Made by a program: the position numbers and the translations under genes. Positions 11,224 to 19,874 of a DNA stretch of 64,000 nucleotides are shown piece after piece; positions within the stretch are counted from its first letter, which is position 1; every line of letters starts with the position of its first letter. The stretch spans positions 248,001 to 312,000 of the IMG/VR virus record IMGVR_UViG_3300042482_000702; one strand, 5' to 3'. Under the pieces are notes generated by a model. The model was not told the DNA's origin. It worked only from the letters and a program-made list of their open reading frames with translations, and made no database searches.

Positions 11224-12045
11224 TTAAAATTTATAAAAATATTTTGAATCCGTTTTGTATAAATATTTTTTATACCCCAAATCCTGAATCATCTTTTTAC
11301 CGGTCTCTATTCCATTATAAACATCCTCAACAACCACATACTCATTTCTTGTGTGATAGTCGTAATAACCTATCGCAAAATTGATACAGGAGAAGTCAAA
11401 TAAGTTCTTCAGAGCATAAACATCAGTATATGGGTTTGAAAAGTATTCTTGTTCACCCTTAAAGTTTTCTGTTAAGACATTATCACATGTCTTAAAAAAA
11501 TCACTCTCTCGGTCAAACAATTGTGTTCCCATACAAAATTCTGTAACCATTCTGTTTCCCGGAGCATCAAATTGAATTCCGTATCCTACATTTATAAAAA
11601 AATTGGGGTCAGCCTTTTTGGACCCGTGACATCCGGTTTCTTCAGATACAAAGAAAGCCGCCTTTAGATTTGGCAATTCTTTTAATAATTCCAAACAAGC
11701 ATAAACACCACATTTATCATCACCACCAATACCGGTTGGATTTCCAAAATCGTTATAAGCCTTTAACGCTGGTTTGAGTTCATATTGATTGTTCTGTAAC
11801 ATTTCCTCACGAATATTTATCGTGTCTATGTTATGAACCGTATCTGTATGAGCAATTACACAGGGAAAATAATCGATAAATTCGTCTGTTTGTTTTATAG
11901 CGTAGATATTTTTATGTTCATCCACATTGAAGGGAATCCCATTTTCCTCTAACCAGTTGATTAGAAAATCTACCATTCTGTCCTCTTGATATGTTTTTGT
12001 CGGAACCGACAATACATCTTTTAATAATTGATAATTTCTTTCCAT
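11224..12045 (-). CDS. M20/M28-family zinc peptidase
   Basis: AHTDTV, GGDDKCG, SEETG, and YHT metal ligands. Confidence 0.85.
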   Translation of the reverse strand: MERNYQLLKDVLSVPTKTYQEDRMVDFLINWLEENGIPFNVDEHKNIYAIKQTDEFIDYFPCVIAHTDTVHNIDTINIREEMLQNNQYELKPALKAYNDFGNPTGIGGDDKCGVYACLELLKELPNLKAAFFVSEETGCHGSKKADPNFFINVGYGIQFDAPGNRMVTEFCMGTQLFDRESDFFKTCDNVLTENFKGEQEYFSNPYTDVYALKNLFDFSCINFAIGYYDYHTRNEYVVVEDVYNGIETGKKMIQDLGYKKYLYKTDSKYFYKF

Positions 12046-12086
12046 AGCACAAATATAAGGAAAATAATTAACATAAAAACATTATT

Positions 12087-13454
12087 TTAATTTATTCTAA
12101 CAAAACCCTCAAATAATTCAGGTGAAACTAAAAAGTTATTAAATTCTTCTTCGGTATAACTTCTACGAGCAACACCATTTTTAGTGAAAACATCCATATG
12201 TATTCTATTTGTTGCCGGGTCAATTTCTCTAATAAAAAATTCTCTACCATACGAAGTCTTACTTCTAGTGTTAGTCGGGTATTTAGATATAACTCTATCG
12301 TAGATATCTGAGTATTCTAAAATATCAACATACTTATCGGATTGTTCTAATTCCTCAAGTATTTCATCTAATTCTTCCCCTATAACAAGATTAAGTCGCT
12401 CATCATCAAAATCGTTACATTGTATTTCATATCTATATTCATCCCACCCACCAGTGTTAAATGTGTGTCCAATATCTGTTAAAACACCCTTAATGTCTTT
12501 AGTGGGGTCTTGACTAATCTTAAACATTGATAATAAAAGACCAACAGTGGTATAATAAGTTCTAAAACAATCTATATTGATTAACCCATAATTTTGAAAA
12601 ATTTCACAAATTTCATCGTTAATTTGTTTTTTAGCCTCATCGTGACGACAATTATTTTCAAGGTCTACATACTCTTCTAACATACTTTCAATTTTACCCG
12701 CAAACATATCCGACAATTTTTCAGCAGCCTTTTCTTTCTTTTCATCATCGTCTAAAGAAATTAAATCAGGTGAAATATATTTTAAAATTTGTTTTAATTT
12801 ACCCTTATTTTCATCTGAAAACCAACCGAAAAAATACCCCCCATTCCAATCATCAACCGCTGTTTCATAATCAATATAATCATATCCATTATCATAATAC
12901 GAAAATAAACTACTAACATAATAAACATCATCTTCTTCAACCTCAAATAATTTAACATAATCTTCTATATCATCAAAATGTAATTTGATTGTACTTTTAC
13001 CCGGATTTTTTTCGTTGTAATTAAATTTATAAATTAAATTGTCAGCACGTTCCATTTCATTAGATGATACCTGTTCACCATTCTTAATCTTAACTAACAA
13101 GTCATAAATTGGACTATAACCAATTATGGGTTCAAGTTCTGATTTAACATCATTAGGTAATTCGTGGAATAATTCATTTCTAGTTATGACTCTATTTCTC
13201 ATAACCTCACTACCAATATATTCTATCTTATGGTCGGTATCATTTCTAAAAATAGTGTATGTCTGAATCGGTTCTTTATCCTTATCAATAACAAAATAAA
13301 CATCACCATCCCTAAATTTATTAGTCCATTCTGGTTTAAGTTTTTCCGGTGCAAAATATTCAAACGCCAAACCTGTCATTGGCTCAACTATCATCCAATC
13401 TTCAGTGTTTAATATAGTTTGACTTTGCTCGTAAGCGTCGTTTTTAGTGGGCAT
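12087..13454 (-). CDS. Hypothetical acidic protein
   Basis: 455-aa ORF with TATTTAT motif upstream. Confidence 0.7.
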   Translation of the reverse strand: MPTKNDAYEQSQTILNTEDWMIVEPMTGLAFEYFAPEKLKPEWTNKFRDGDVYFVIDKDKEPIQTYTIFRNDTDHKIEYIGSEVMRNRVITRNELFHELPNDVKSELEPIIGYSPIYDLLVKIKNGEQVSSNEMERADNLIYKFNYNEKNPGKSTIKLHFDDIEDYVKLFEVEEDDVYYVSSLFSYYDNGYDYIDYETAVDDWNGGYFFGWFSDENKGKLKQILKYISPDLISLDDDEKKEKAAEKLSDMFAGKIESMLEEYVDLENNCRHDEAKKQINDEICEIFQNYGLINIDCFRTYYTTVGLLLSMFKISQDPTKDIKGVLTDIGHTFNTGGWDEYRYEIQCNDFDDERLNLVIGEELDEILEELEQSDKYVDILEYSDIYDRVISKYPTNTRSKTSYGREFFIREIDPATNRIHMDVFTKNGVARRSYTEEEFNNFLVSPELFEGFVRIN

Positions 13455-13485
13455 AGATATTTATTTTAATAATAAATATATTTTT

Positions 13486-13518
13486 ATTTGGAATTATCTA
13501 AAAATGTATTATCTTTGT
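13486..13518 (+). promoter_or_regulatory. Bacteroidota sigma-A promoter for tmRNA
   Basis: TTTG (-33) ... TATCTTTG (-7 TAnnTTTG) just upstream of the tmRNA 5' end. Confidence 0.75.
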
Positions 13519-13531
13519 AGAGTTAAAATAT

Positions 13532-13940
13532 GGGAGTGACACGGAATTGACTATTCGTAATAGTTATTCGGGGCACGTAGTGAGATGTTCTCTATCACTT
13601 AAATCTATGGGTACAACAATTTAGACGGAAACGTTTTAAACAAAATGGCTCTAGTAGGTCTTGTACGTCAAGATGAGCTTGTGAACGTAGCGTAAGCAAA
13701 CACACATTGGGGTCGACGGATATGTGTACCTAGCAACAGAAATATCTTAAGGTGTGATACCACCCGAAGAGTGTCAAGGTCTCGTTTGAGGGTCTACCTA
13801 TTAAAGTGAACCTCCCACAGTTGTAGGTAATGATGGAAAAATTAGAACCTTCTATTTGTCAGTTGAGAATTAACTGAATAAACGTGTAGTCCTTAATAGG
13901 TAATACAAATAACACTTGGGTTCGAGTCCCAACACTTCCA
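13532..13940 (+). ncRNA. ssrA: tmRNA
   Basis: Acceptor GGGAGTG/CACTTCC with G3-U70; 5' GGAATTGAC; T-arm TTGGG-TTCGAGT-CCCAA; internal tag ORF 13627..13695; smpB nearby. Confidence 0.92.
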
Positions 13941-14065
13941 CGTCCACTGGAGAGTCCCAACACCTCCACACAAAAAAGAGACCTAAATGGTCTCTTTTTT
14001 TATTGATAATCACCAATAAAAAAACCACCCGAAGGTGGCTTATTATCAGTTCAAATGTTTATTTT

Positions 14066-14431
14066 TTAATCTTTTAATACTTGTTTATCCCCAACCGGAG
14101 ATGTGAATTTGGATGTTAATTTATCTAATCTTGAATCAAAATTTCTATATACATCACTAAACATTTTATCTACGTCATCCATTCTTTTGTTGGTGTACAT
14201 ATTTGTTTCAGTATATAATCTATCAACCCTATCAATCTCCCCATCAATACGACGGTTTAGAGAATCTCCACCACTATTAATATCATTAAAGATATGTCCT
14301 TGAACTTGTTCTAATTGTTTGCATTTATTTTTTAATCTGTTAATCTGAATGCACATTATAACCATAACCACAACTCCCAGTACCCCGAGAACCAAACCTA
14401 TACCCATAATGAACGATGTTAAATCTACCAT
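14066..14431 (-). CDS. Membrane-anchored coiled-coil protein
   Basis: N-terminal hydrophobic helix followed by heptads. Confidence 0.6.
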   Translation of the reverse strand: MVDLTSFIMGIGLVLGVLGVVVMVIMCIQINRLKNKCKQLEQVQGHIFNDINSGGDSLNRRIDGEIDRVDRLYTETNMYTNKRMDDVDKMFSDVYRNFDSRLDKLTSKFTSPVGDKQVLKD

Positions 14432-14492
14432 AATTTCTGTTTTTTTATTTGTTTATTATTGAACTGATAATTAATTATAATAAAAAAAGGGA

Positions 14493-14930
14493 CTATTTCA
14501 AGTCCCTTTTCATATCTCTTTCGATGTCCCGAGATTTGATGGTATCTCGTTTATCGTATGTTTTCTTCCCTTTGGCAAGAGCAATTTCCATTTTAATTAA
14601 TCCGGTGTCGTTTATGAAGATACGATAAGGAACGATGGTTACACCATTGATTAACTCATTCTCCCACTTATTAAGTTCTTTTCGTTTGGCTAATAGTTTT
14701 CTATCCTTTACGGTCTCGTGGAAGGACCCAAACCCATAATCGGAGATATTCATCCCCTTTATAAATAACTCCCCCTCATTGAAATAACAATACCCTTCAG
14801 AGATGGATACCTTTCCCTGACGAATGGACTTTACCTCTGAACCAACTAGTTTGATTCCCACAATTAATGTCTGTAGGAATGAATACTCAAACTTGGCTTT
14901 CTTATTGACTATGTTAATTGAATTTTTCAT
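14493..14930 (-). CDS. smpB: SsrA-binding protein SmpB
   Basis: NKKAKFEY, GIKLVGSEVKSIR, RKLL, AKGKKTYDKR motifs. Confidence 0.97.
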   Translation of the reverse strand: MKNSINIVNKKAKFEYSFLQTLIVGIKLVGSEVKSIRQGKVSISEGYCYFNEGELFIKGMNISDYGFGSFHETVKDRKLLAKRKELNKWENELINGVTIVPYRIFINDTGLIKMEIALAKGKKTYDKRDTIKSRDIERDMKRDLK

Positions 14931-14962
14931 ACGACAAAGATAATATAAAAATTGATATAAAC

Positions 14963-14998
14963 AAAAAAAGGTGATACAAATTAATGTACCACCTTTTT
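14963..14998 (-). terminator. Intrinsic terminator ending the large ncRNA
   Basis: AAAAAGGTG..TAC / GTA..CACCTTTTT hairpin with U tract. Confidence 0.75.
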
Positions 14999-15883
14999 GG
15001 CTTAATACGATGAGAATACTCGTCTTATTGAGAATCTTCGGAAGGATTATTGTTTCCCTTCGTTTCCACCATCTTTTGAATGGTAACCCTCATTGCCGAT
15101 TGGTTAGACCAATCACTCCTTGAGATATCATCTACTCTCTCATTATTCAACTCTCTTTAACCTTGCGAGCTAACTCCGGATTCGACTCCGTAGAGGTTTT
15201 TGGCGAGAATACATTCAGACTTGCGGTCATCCTGTGCAACGAACGGCTCGTTACTATGTAGGCAACTTGTCGACGATACCTGGTAAACATTTTTGCTATT
15301 GTCTATTTAGTTTTTCACCATATGAAAATAGTTAATGTGTTGTGGATGTATTCAGGAAGTAGTTTACCGTAAGCTCCCTAACCTTTTGGGTTAAAGAATA
15401 CTAAACTTCCCGATGAGATATCCCTATCTCCAAATTTCAAGAATTCTTCAAATCAATATCTTGGTAGATATTTGATAGGGATAAAGTCAGCACCACCTGT
15501 TACTTAATCTTGCCTTTCGGCGTTAAGATTCCTTTTATTTTGGAACCCGCAATTATAAGGTCGGATAACCCTATTTCTTACTTGATTCCTATGGGTTCTT
15601 CTTATCTTGATTCCTCAATCAACCGGACAATCCACATTGCCAAGTTAGTATTCCATTTCCCTACGAAGTTATCCTCGGTACTACAGGACTACTAATATCC
15701 CACTTGCTTACTCGAGTTCGGTTTCCCAAACCACAAAATCACTAACACAAATGATTTCATTTTATCCCCGTTTCCGGGATTATTTAAAGATGATAAGCCA
15801 CCTATTATCTTTGATACAACACCGAAGTGTTATAATGGATAATCTAAAATTTCTAAGAACGTCTTTAAGGTTTCCCTTAATTG
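14963..15883 (-). ncRNA. Large (~920 nt) structured ncRNA, GOLLD-like candidate
   Basis: No credible ORF; own TAnnTTTG promoter (15889-15896) and terminator; many minus-strand GNRA/UUCG-capped hairpins. Confidence 0.7.
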
Positions 15884-15947
15884 TTTTACAAAGGTAAGTG
15901 ATTTTTTTCTAAAGTCAAATATTTTTGTAATTTTTTTTTAAAAAATA

Positions 15948-16041
15948 AAATGTGTTGTGTAAGCTCTACCACTGCAGCTAAACCTTGGTCACCAGGATTA
16001 CGGTTGTTGGAATCGAACCAACGACTCTACACGACACATTT
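15948..16041 (-). ncRNA. Circularly permuted tRNA mimic (YrlA/Y-RNA-like) #1
   Basis: Order is terminal helix, T-arm (GTTGG-TTCGATT-CCAAC), loop-closed acceptor-like stem, D-arm (TAGCTGCAGTGGTAGAGC), terminal helix. Confidence 0.75.
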
Positions 16042-16044
16042 ATA

Positions 16045-16136
16045 GTGGTATCAGATGGATTCGAACCACCGGCACAGGGTTTTTCAGAACCCTTGCTCTA
16101 CCAAGGAAGATAAATCTCCCACTGAGCTATAATACC
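16045..16136 (-). tRNA. Atypical tRNA-Phe-like (GAA) with a hairpin inserted in the D-loop and an irregular anticodon loop
   Basis: Acceptor GGTATTA/TGATACC, normal T-arm, D-loop insert GGGAGATTTATCTTCC, anticodon arm AGGGT-TCTGAAAA-ACCCT. Confidence 0.6.
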
Positions 16137-16147
16137 ATATAAAATAA

Positions 16148-16222
16148 TGTGGGTGTATGCTCTACCATCTGAGCTACGGATTTGAAACCGGAGGGATTTG
16201 AAACCTCGACACAACACCCACA
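16148..16222 (-). ncRNA. Circularly permuted tRNA mimic (YrlA/Y-RNA-like) #2
   Basis: GTGGGTGT/ACACCCAC terminal helix; T-arm-like GAGG-TTTCAAAT-CCCTC; CGG-loop-CCG; D-arm TAGCTCAGATGGTAGAGC. Confidence 0.7.
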
Positions 16223-16300
16223 CCATTAATTCAATGAACTTATTTTCTTCTACAAAGATAATACATTTATTTTAATCTGTCAAATCTTTTTTGATTTTTT

Positions 16301-16510
16301 TTAATTCATATTATCCAAGAACATTTCGGTAATCTCATCTTCCTCTTCATCTGTCCCTTCGGCTCCGTTATGCCACTCTATATTATCTACAGTATAATCG
16401 TCCCAAGTATCCCAAAACGCGTGAATTGTAAATTCTCTTCCATCCTCTGTTTGACCATCATAATCGTAATTTGCTGAAGTTAGAACTTCGCTTGAATAAT
16501 TTATTTCCAT
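16301..16510 (-). CDS. Small acidic hypothetical protein
   Basis: ORF track. Confidence 0.6.
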   Translation of the reverse strand: MEINYSSEVLTSANYDYDGQTEDGREFTIHAFWDTWDDYTVDNIEWHNGAEGTDEEEDEITEMFLDNMN

Positions 16511-16530
16511 TTTTTCTTTTTTTTAATTAG

Positions 16531-16607
16531 TAGTCAGAACAGGATTCGAACCTGTGTACCCTCGTATGAGTTCGTCATACCGTGCATCTCCAATGTGCTA
16601 CCTGACT
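16531..16607 (-). ncRNA. tRNA-like RNA with non-canonical anticodon arm
   Basis: Acceptor AGTCAGG/TCTGACT and perfect T-arm ACAGG-TTCGAAT-CCTGT; anticodon arm TATGA-CGAAC-TCATA lacks U33. Confidence 0.55.
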
Positions 16608-16755
16608 ATGTTTCGTTAATGTTAAAAACTGTTCAATCACTGTAAAAACACATCAACTTGGTACTTACTATCTCGGCTCCCCCATCCTAACTATATAGTT
16701 TACCTGAAACTTCAGCGGGTTGTTGATTGACCACTCCCACCTACTCAAGTAGTTT

Positions 16756-17010
16756 TTACACACTCATCATCCAACCCATTCGGTTTTGAGATTGATACTC
16801 ACTATAAGTACATCTTCTCATTGAGGAATAGTCGGGTCTCAACTTAACATGAGTCGGATATTTCTTCTCGTGTTCTTTACTCTCTCTCACCACCTTAGCG
16901 TAAGCTTCTCTTTTACTTGAAGCCCACACATCATTAAATCCACCACCTATCCAATTAAACAAATAAAGGTATTCACCGTTAACACTTCTATACAATTTCT
17001 CTTTAGCCAT
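16756..17010 (-). CDS. Hypothetical protein (start likely MAKEKLY)
   Basis: A TAnnTTTG promoter lies inside the longer ORF call. Confidence 0.6.
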   Translation of the reverse strand: MAKEKLYRSVNGEYLYLFNWIGGGFNDVWASSKREAYAKVVRESKEHEKKYPTHVKLRPDYSSMRRCTYSEYQSQNRMGWMMSV

Positions 17011-17187
17011 AATGATTAGTTTTAAATCCGATACAAAGATAAGCATTAAATCCACACTTCCAAACTTTATTTCATTTTTTTTTAAAAAATTTTTTTACGA
17101 TAACGATTCCGTGAATTTATTTACTATTTTTCTTGACATGACGATGATATTTATCTATAATTTTACAGAATTAAAAAACAAACTATT

Positions 17188-17364
17188 ATGAAAAAGTTAT
17201 TATTGGCGATTGTTATCGCAGGGTCTTTGTCTCTAACTTCTTGTTGGAAAGGTACAAAAAATGAAGAATCAACTACAGAAGTTGCAACTGATACCACACA
17301 AGTGGATTCAATACAGGTTGATTCAGTGGAAGTGGATACAGTAAAAGTAGATACTGTTAAGTAA
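17188..17364 (+). CDS. Small lipoprotein (58 aa, not in ORF track)
   Basis: MKKLLLAIVIAGSLSLTSC lipobox, then VDS/VDT repeats typical of Bacteroidota. Confidence 0.75.
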   Translation: MKKLLLAIVIAGSLSLTSCWKGTKNEESTTEVATDTTQVDSIQVDSVEVDTVKVDTVK

Positions 17365-17384
17365 TCAAGGTTAATGGGACTAGT

Positions 17385-17924
17385 ATGGTAACAATTAACA
17401 ATGACATATCATTTACTAAAGAATTTATAAATCAATTAGTCCCATTAATTCCAAAAGAAGTACATGAATTTTGGAAACCAAATTATTCTAATACTGGTTT
17501 AGTTAGATTCGTTAACAACAAATTTGATGCAGTATATATCGCATCTCCTAGCATATATGGACAACATAACTTAATTAAGTTCAATGTTGTTAAAGATAAG
17601 TATATATTTGATTCTGTATATTCTCATTATGATGTTATTACTAAAAAGGATATTCATCCATGGGAACATAGATACGATAAAGATTTAAATGTAATAGCAA
17701 CATATAAATTTGCTGAATCTGAATATGAGGGGTTTTTATCTATACAATACAAAGATGGTAAAAAGTTAAAAGAATATTTATATCAGACTGAATTATTTCA
17801 ACCAGAAGTATTCAAAGACTTATGGAACACAAATACAATAACCACCAAGGTTAAAAATATTTACAATATTAATTGTTTAAGAATTAATGGAAATAAAGAA
17901 ATTGGGTATTATTGGATTAGATAA
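17385..17924 (+). CDS. Hypothetical protein
   Basis: ORF track. Confidence 0.6.
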   Translation: MVTINNDISFTKEFINQLVPLIPKEVHEFWKPNYSNTGLVRFVNNKFDAVYIASPSIYGQHNLIKFNVVKDKYIFDSVYSHYDVITKKDIHPWEHRYDKDLNVIATYKFAESEYEGFLSIQYKDGKKLKEYLYQTELFQPEVFKDLWNTNTITTKVKNIYNINCLRINGNKEIGYYWIR

Positions 17925-17995
17925 ATTTATAAAAAAATTCAGTAAATGTAGACACTATTAAGTAATCAGAAACCCCTCTTAACGGAGGGGTTTTT

Positions 17996-18565
17996 TTATT
18001 TTAAAAGTTGTTTAATTCTAATTATATTTTCGTTAAGGTCATCGTCTTTTTTCTTTTTTTTCGGTTTGTCGGACAATGATTTATTAATAAACGATATTGG
18101 ACTTAAAAGTATATCGGAAAAAATATCAGACCCCCCAATTCTAGGTTCATTTGATTTTACAATAGGTTCTTTGGTTTTAGGTTCTTTGGTTTTAGAGTCT
18201 TTAACATTTTTGTTAAATTGATGACCACTTAAAAAATTATCAACATTTTGTTTTGATTTGTTTTTATTTAGTATTGAGAATGATATTTCTTTATCGGAAA
18301 AATATCCAATAGTGTGTCCTTGTTTTACTGTACTACCAATTCCAACAATAACTCTACCTATTTCACAAAAATCTGAATAAAATGTCTCCCCATTAACATT
18401 ATGCTCAATACTAAGATTTCCATCACAACGATTAAAGGATGGTACAACTATACCATCATAAGGACTAACTAATCTATCGTTATCGTATGATGAAAGACCG
18501 ACAGTTTTTGATAACATACCTTGGTTTAAGTTACCATTAGGTGAAGGTGAGATGAAATGATTCAT
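17996..18565 (-). CDS. Degenerate M23-peptidase-like protein
   Basis: SPYDGIV...IEH...VKQGHTIG fold pattern, but the HxH metal motif is absent. Confidence 0.5.
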   Translation of the reverse strand: MNHFISPSPNGNLNQGMLSKTVGLSSYDNDRLVSPYDGIVVPSFNRCDGNLSIEHNVNGETFYSDFCEIGRVIVGIGSTVKQGHTIGYFSDKEISFSILNKNKSKQNVDNFLSGHQFNKNVKDSKTKEPKTKEPIVKSNEPRIGGSDIFSDILLSPISFINKSLSDKPKKKKKDDDLNENIIRIKQLLK

Positions 18566-19191
18566 TATAATAAATTTTTTATACGATTAATACTCTCAAG
18601 TATTCTTTTATTTTTAAAAAAATTTTCATTATTTAGCGACATTATTTTTGATAATCCAGCAGATAATAAATCACCTCCAAGTTCCGGTTTTCCATCAACA
18701 TAGGTAGTAGTTGTTGTGTCATCATTATTGGTTAAACCACTTTCTGTTGAACTATTTTTTTTTGACCCTTCTGGTTGACCACTTCTATATGAAATATGAA
18801 AATGTCCTCCGGTGGCTTTGGCTGTTGGATTTGTATATTCATCAATATATGAAAATCCATTATATTTTGTTTTATATGAATCTAATAATGACTTAAAAGA
18901 TGAATGACATGAACTATCTAAAGTCACATCAACCGCTTCACCTTTGGTATGACGACTAGTATAACTAGTAATTTTTTTATGGAAAGCGTCATTACCGGAT
19001 GTGAAAGTTAAAGGACAATTACTCTTTAGTTTTTTCCAATCATCCATGAATTTAGATAATATATCTAAAAAATCAGATTGTAATTCACCCCCTGAAGTTA
19101 ATTCATTTCCTTTTTCAGCATTCCCAACACTTTTAAGTTTAGATTTAAATTCTGATGATGAAATTTCCAATAATGTTATTAATTTTTTCAT
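18565..19191 (-). CDS. M15/LAS-type zinc peptidoglycan peptidase
   Basis: SRH-x6-D (SRHTKGEAVD) and HFH motifs. Confidence 0.7.
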   Translation of the reverse strand: MKKLITLLEISSSEFKSKLKSVGNAEKGNELTSGGELQSDFLDILSKFMDDWKKLKSNCPLTFTSGNDAFHKKITSYTSRHTKGEAVDVTLDSSCHSSFKSLLDSYKTKYNGFSYIDEYTNPTAKATGGHFHISYRSGQPEGSKKNSSTESGLTNNDDTTTTTYVDGKPELGGDLLSAGLSKIMSLNNENFFKNKRILESINRIKNLL

Positions 19192-19192
19192 A

Positions 19193-19798
19193 TTATTGTT
19201 GTAGATGGTTCATTAAGACACCACCCAATGAGGCTGAATACATTTTTAAATGTTGAATATCGTCTTCATCAAGTTTAGTTTTTCTTTTTGTATAATCTAA
19301 ACCCAATGTTCCAATATACTTTCCGTCAATGGATTTGATTGGGAATAAGTATCCGGATTTACATCCGGTATCTTCGGCAACATATTTTAATCCAAAAGTT
19401 GCTATTGTCTCATCTTTGTAATCAGCGATTTCAATAGATTCGTTTTCTAATAAATAGTTGATAGATTTTGAAAATAAATTAACGGGGATATTTTGGAAGT
19501 TTGACTGAATGGATGAGACACCGGTTCTTACTGTTTCGTAAATAACGCTAAACTTAGCCATTGATTTACCTGTTGGGTAGAAATTACCTCCATTATGGAA
19601 TTGGGTTACCCAAACTCTATCAGGTTTTAATTCGTCTTTGATACGGTCCAATTTAGACATTACAAGTTCACTAACTTTTAAGGTTTCTATAACCATATCA
19701 GGTTTTTGACTCCTTTTATCTAATTTATTTTTAATAAATAATAATATAACAGGACCTAAAACCCCCGTGATAAACGCTACTATTACCGATGTATTCAT
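19193..19798 (-). CDS. N-terminal TM plus GAF-like domain protein (T4 holin T-like architecture)
   Basis: Single N-terminal TM; DRVWVTQFHNG...PIKSIDGKYIGTLGLDY GAF pattern; adjacent to a PG peptidase. Confidence 0.55.
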   Translation of the reverse strand: MNTSVIVAFITGVLGPVILLFIKNKLDKRSQKPDMVIETLKVSELVMSKLDRIKDELKPDRVWVTQFHNGGNFYPTGKSMAKFSVIYETVRTGVSSIQSNFQNIPVNLFSKSINYLLENESIEIADYKDETIATFGLKYVAEDTGCKSGYLFPIKSIDGKYIGTLGLDYTKRKTKLDEDDIQHLKMYSASLGGVLMNHLQQ

Positions 19799-19874
19799 AA
19801 TTTGTTAATATATCAAAATAAATAGTTTAAAAATAAAAAAAGTGAGGACAATTCCTCACTTTTTATCTTTTTTC

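Noticed and set aside
14963-15883. rRNA, RNase P RNA or self-splicing intron
   Set aside because: No rRNA signatures or RNase P GAGGAAAGTCC seen, and it interrupts no gene; a covariance search is still needed
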